A stretch of DNA of 17,123 nucleotides from assembly GCA_044222065.1 (NCBI GenBank), contig JBGAOA010000081.1, forward strand, positions 1-17,123, in the 5' to 3' direction. The notes below the pieces were generated by a model. The model saw only the letters and a program-made list of their open reading frames with translations, was not told the DNA's origin and did no database searches. This DNA is from Candidatus Eiseniibacteriota bacterium (GTDB taxonomy: Bacteria > Eisenbacteria > RBG-16-71-46). Position 1 is the first letter of the stretch. Each line of letters begins with the position of its first letter. The position numbers and the translations under genes were made by a program. Below are positions 15,678 to 17,123 of the stretch, in pieces.

Positions 15678-17077
15678 TCAGCTCGCGAGGCCGAACTCGC
15701 GCATCTTCCGCCACAGCGTCGAGCGGCTGATGCCGAGCGAGCGCGCGGCGTCCACGCGATTCCAGCGGTGGCGCTCGAGCGCCGCGAGCAGCGCGTCGCG
15801 CTCGCCCGCGGCCGGCGCGGTGGGCGCGTGGGCCGACGCGGGGGCGGGCGCCGCGATCGCCGGCGCGCTCGCGCGCGCGGCGGCGGCCTCGAGGATCTCG
15901 GCCGGCAAGTCGCGTTCGTGGATCGTCTGTCCGTGGCACACGGCGACCCGTACTCGAGCGTGTTCTCGAGCTCGCGGACGTTGCCGGGCCACGCGTGCTC
16001 GAGCAGCGCGCGCAGCGCGTCGGGCGCGACGAGCAGCGCGCGGCCCTGGCGCGCCGAGACGCGCGAGCGGTGGCGCGCGAGCGGCTCGATGTCCTCGCGC
16101 CGCTCGCGCAGCGGCGGGATCGCGATCGGGAGCACGCGCAGGCGGTAGTAGAGGTCGCCGCGGAAGCGTCCGTCCATGACGTCGCGCTTCAGGTCGCGGT
16201 TCGTCGCGGCGACGATGCGCACGTCGGAACCGCGCGACTCGCTCTCGCCGACGCGCTCGAACGTGCGCTCCTGCAGCACGCGCAGCAGCTTCACCTGAAG
16301 CGCCAGCGGCAGGTCGCCGACCTCGTCGAGGAACAGCGTGCCGTGGTCGGCGAGTTCGAAGCGCCCGACGCGGTCGCGCACGGCGCCGGTGAACGCGCCG
16401 CGCACGTGGCCGAACAGCTCGGACTCGAGCAGTTCGCCCGGGAGCGCGCCGCAGTTGACCGCGACGAACGGTCCTTCGCGCCGCGGCGAGTGCGCGTGCA
16501 GCGCGCGCGCGACCAGCTCCTTGCCCGTGCCGCTCTCGCCCGTGAGCAGCACGGTCGAGTCGCTCTCGGCGAGGTCGAGGATCAGCCGGAAGATGCGCAG
16601 CATCGAAGGCGAGCGCCCGACGAGCCCGGCGAAGATCGTCGGCAGCGCGGTCTCGGGCACGCTCGCGTCCTCGGCCGAGCGGATCACGATCATGTAAGCG
16701 ACGCGCGGATCGCAGAGCGGCGACTCGATGCCCTTCACGGGCGCCGCCGAGAGCGACAGGAGCCGCGGCGCGCGGCCTTCGATCTCGAGCGTGGCGCCCC
16801 AGCCCTCGCGCCGCTCGCCCGCCGCGAGCGCTTCGCGCAGCGCGCCGCCCTCGCCGAACAGCTCGGCGCCGAGCGCGCGCTCGGCGGGCAGGCCGACGTG
16901 GGCGTTCGCGGCGCCGTCGCCGGCGATCGCATCCAACTCCTCGGACGCGTGGACGATCGTGAACGACGGATCGAGGCACACGAGCGCGCGGCCGAGGCAG
17001 CCGAACAGCCCGCTCACCGTGTGGACGAAGTGGCGGCTCAGCTCGGGATCGGGCGGACCGTGCGTCCCGTCGCTCAC
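15678..17077 (-). CDS. Sigma-54-dependent enhancer-binding protein (PAS-like, AAA+, Fis-type HTH), frameshifted near 15948
   Basis: GTG at 17077 after [50 protein letters not shown] in one frame; [27 protein letters not shown] in a second frame ending at 15678. No receiver domain is evident. Confidence 0.9.
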
Positions 17078-17084
17078 GCGCGCC

Positions 17085-17123
17085 TCAGCTCGGCGTCGCC
17101 GCCGCGGGGGCGGGCACCGCACG
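17085..17123 (-). other. Possible 3' end of an upstream co-directional gene
   Basis: One frame reads ..RAVPAPAAATPS-TGA with the stop overlapping the GAGG RBS of the regulator; too short to identify. Confidence 0.3.

Overview
GC-rich bacterial window. The FG-GAP protein with a FlgD/T9SS-type C-terminal domain hints at an FCB-related lineage such as Ca. Eisenbacteria (inference). Left to right: (1) minus-strand ECF sigma factor overlapping a Hanks-type protein kinase that runs off the window edge; (2) plus-strand operon of two GIDE/BAM-domain membrane proteins and lemA; (3) a 960-aa secreted FG-GAP repeat protein with a lower-GC core; (4) an MNT-HEPN toxin-antitoxin pair bracketed by degenerate direct repeats and followed by a 13-bp hairpin; (5) a tightly coupled nine-gene minus-strand sulfur-respiration operon: psrA-psrB-psrC, two YeeE/YedE-type transporter halves, a rhodanese-fold protein with Ser at the catalytic site and a single C-terminal Cys, a DsrC/TusE-like protein lacking the C-terminal cysteines, a FadL/OmpP1 outer-membrane channel and a small dihaem cytochrome c. 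The operon has a sigma-54 -24/-12 promoter and a palindromic upstream site, and lies next to a PAS-AAA+-HTH enhancer-binding protein gene carrying a frameshift that is probably a sequencing error. The operon is the best candidate for an undescribed system: an envelope-spanning sulfur uptake, relay and reduction pathway.
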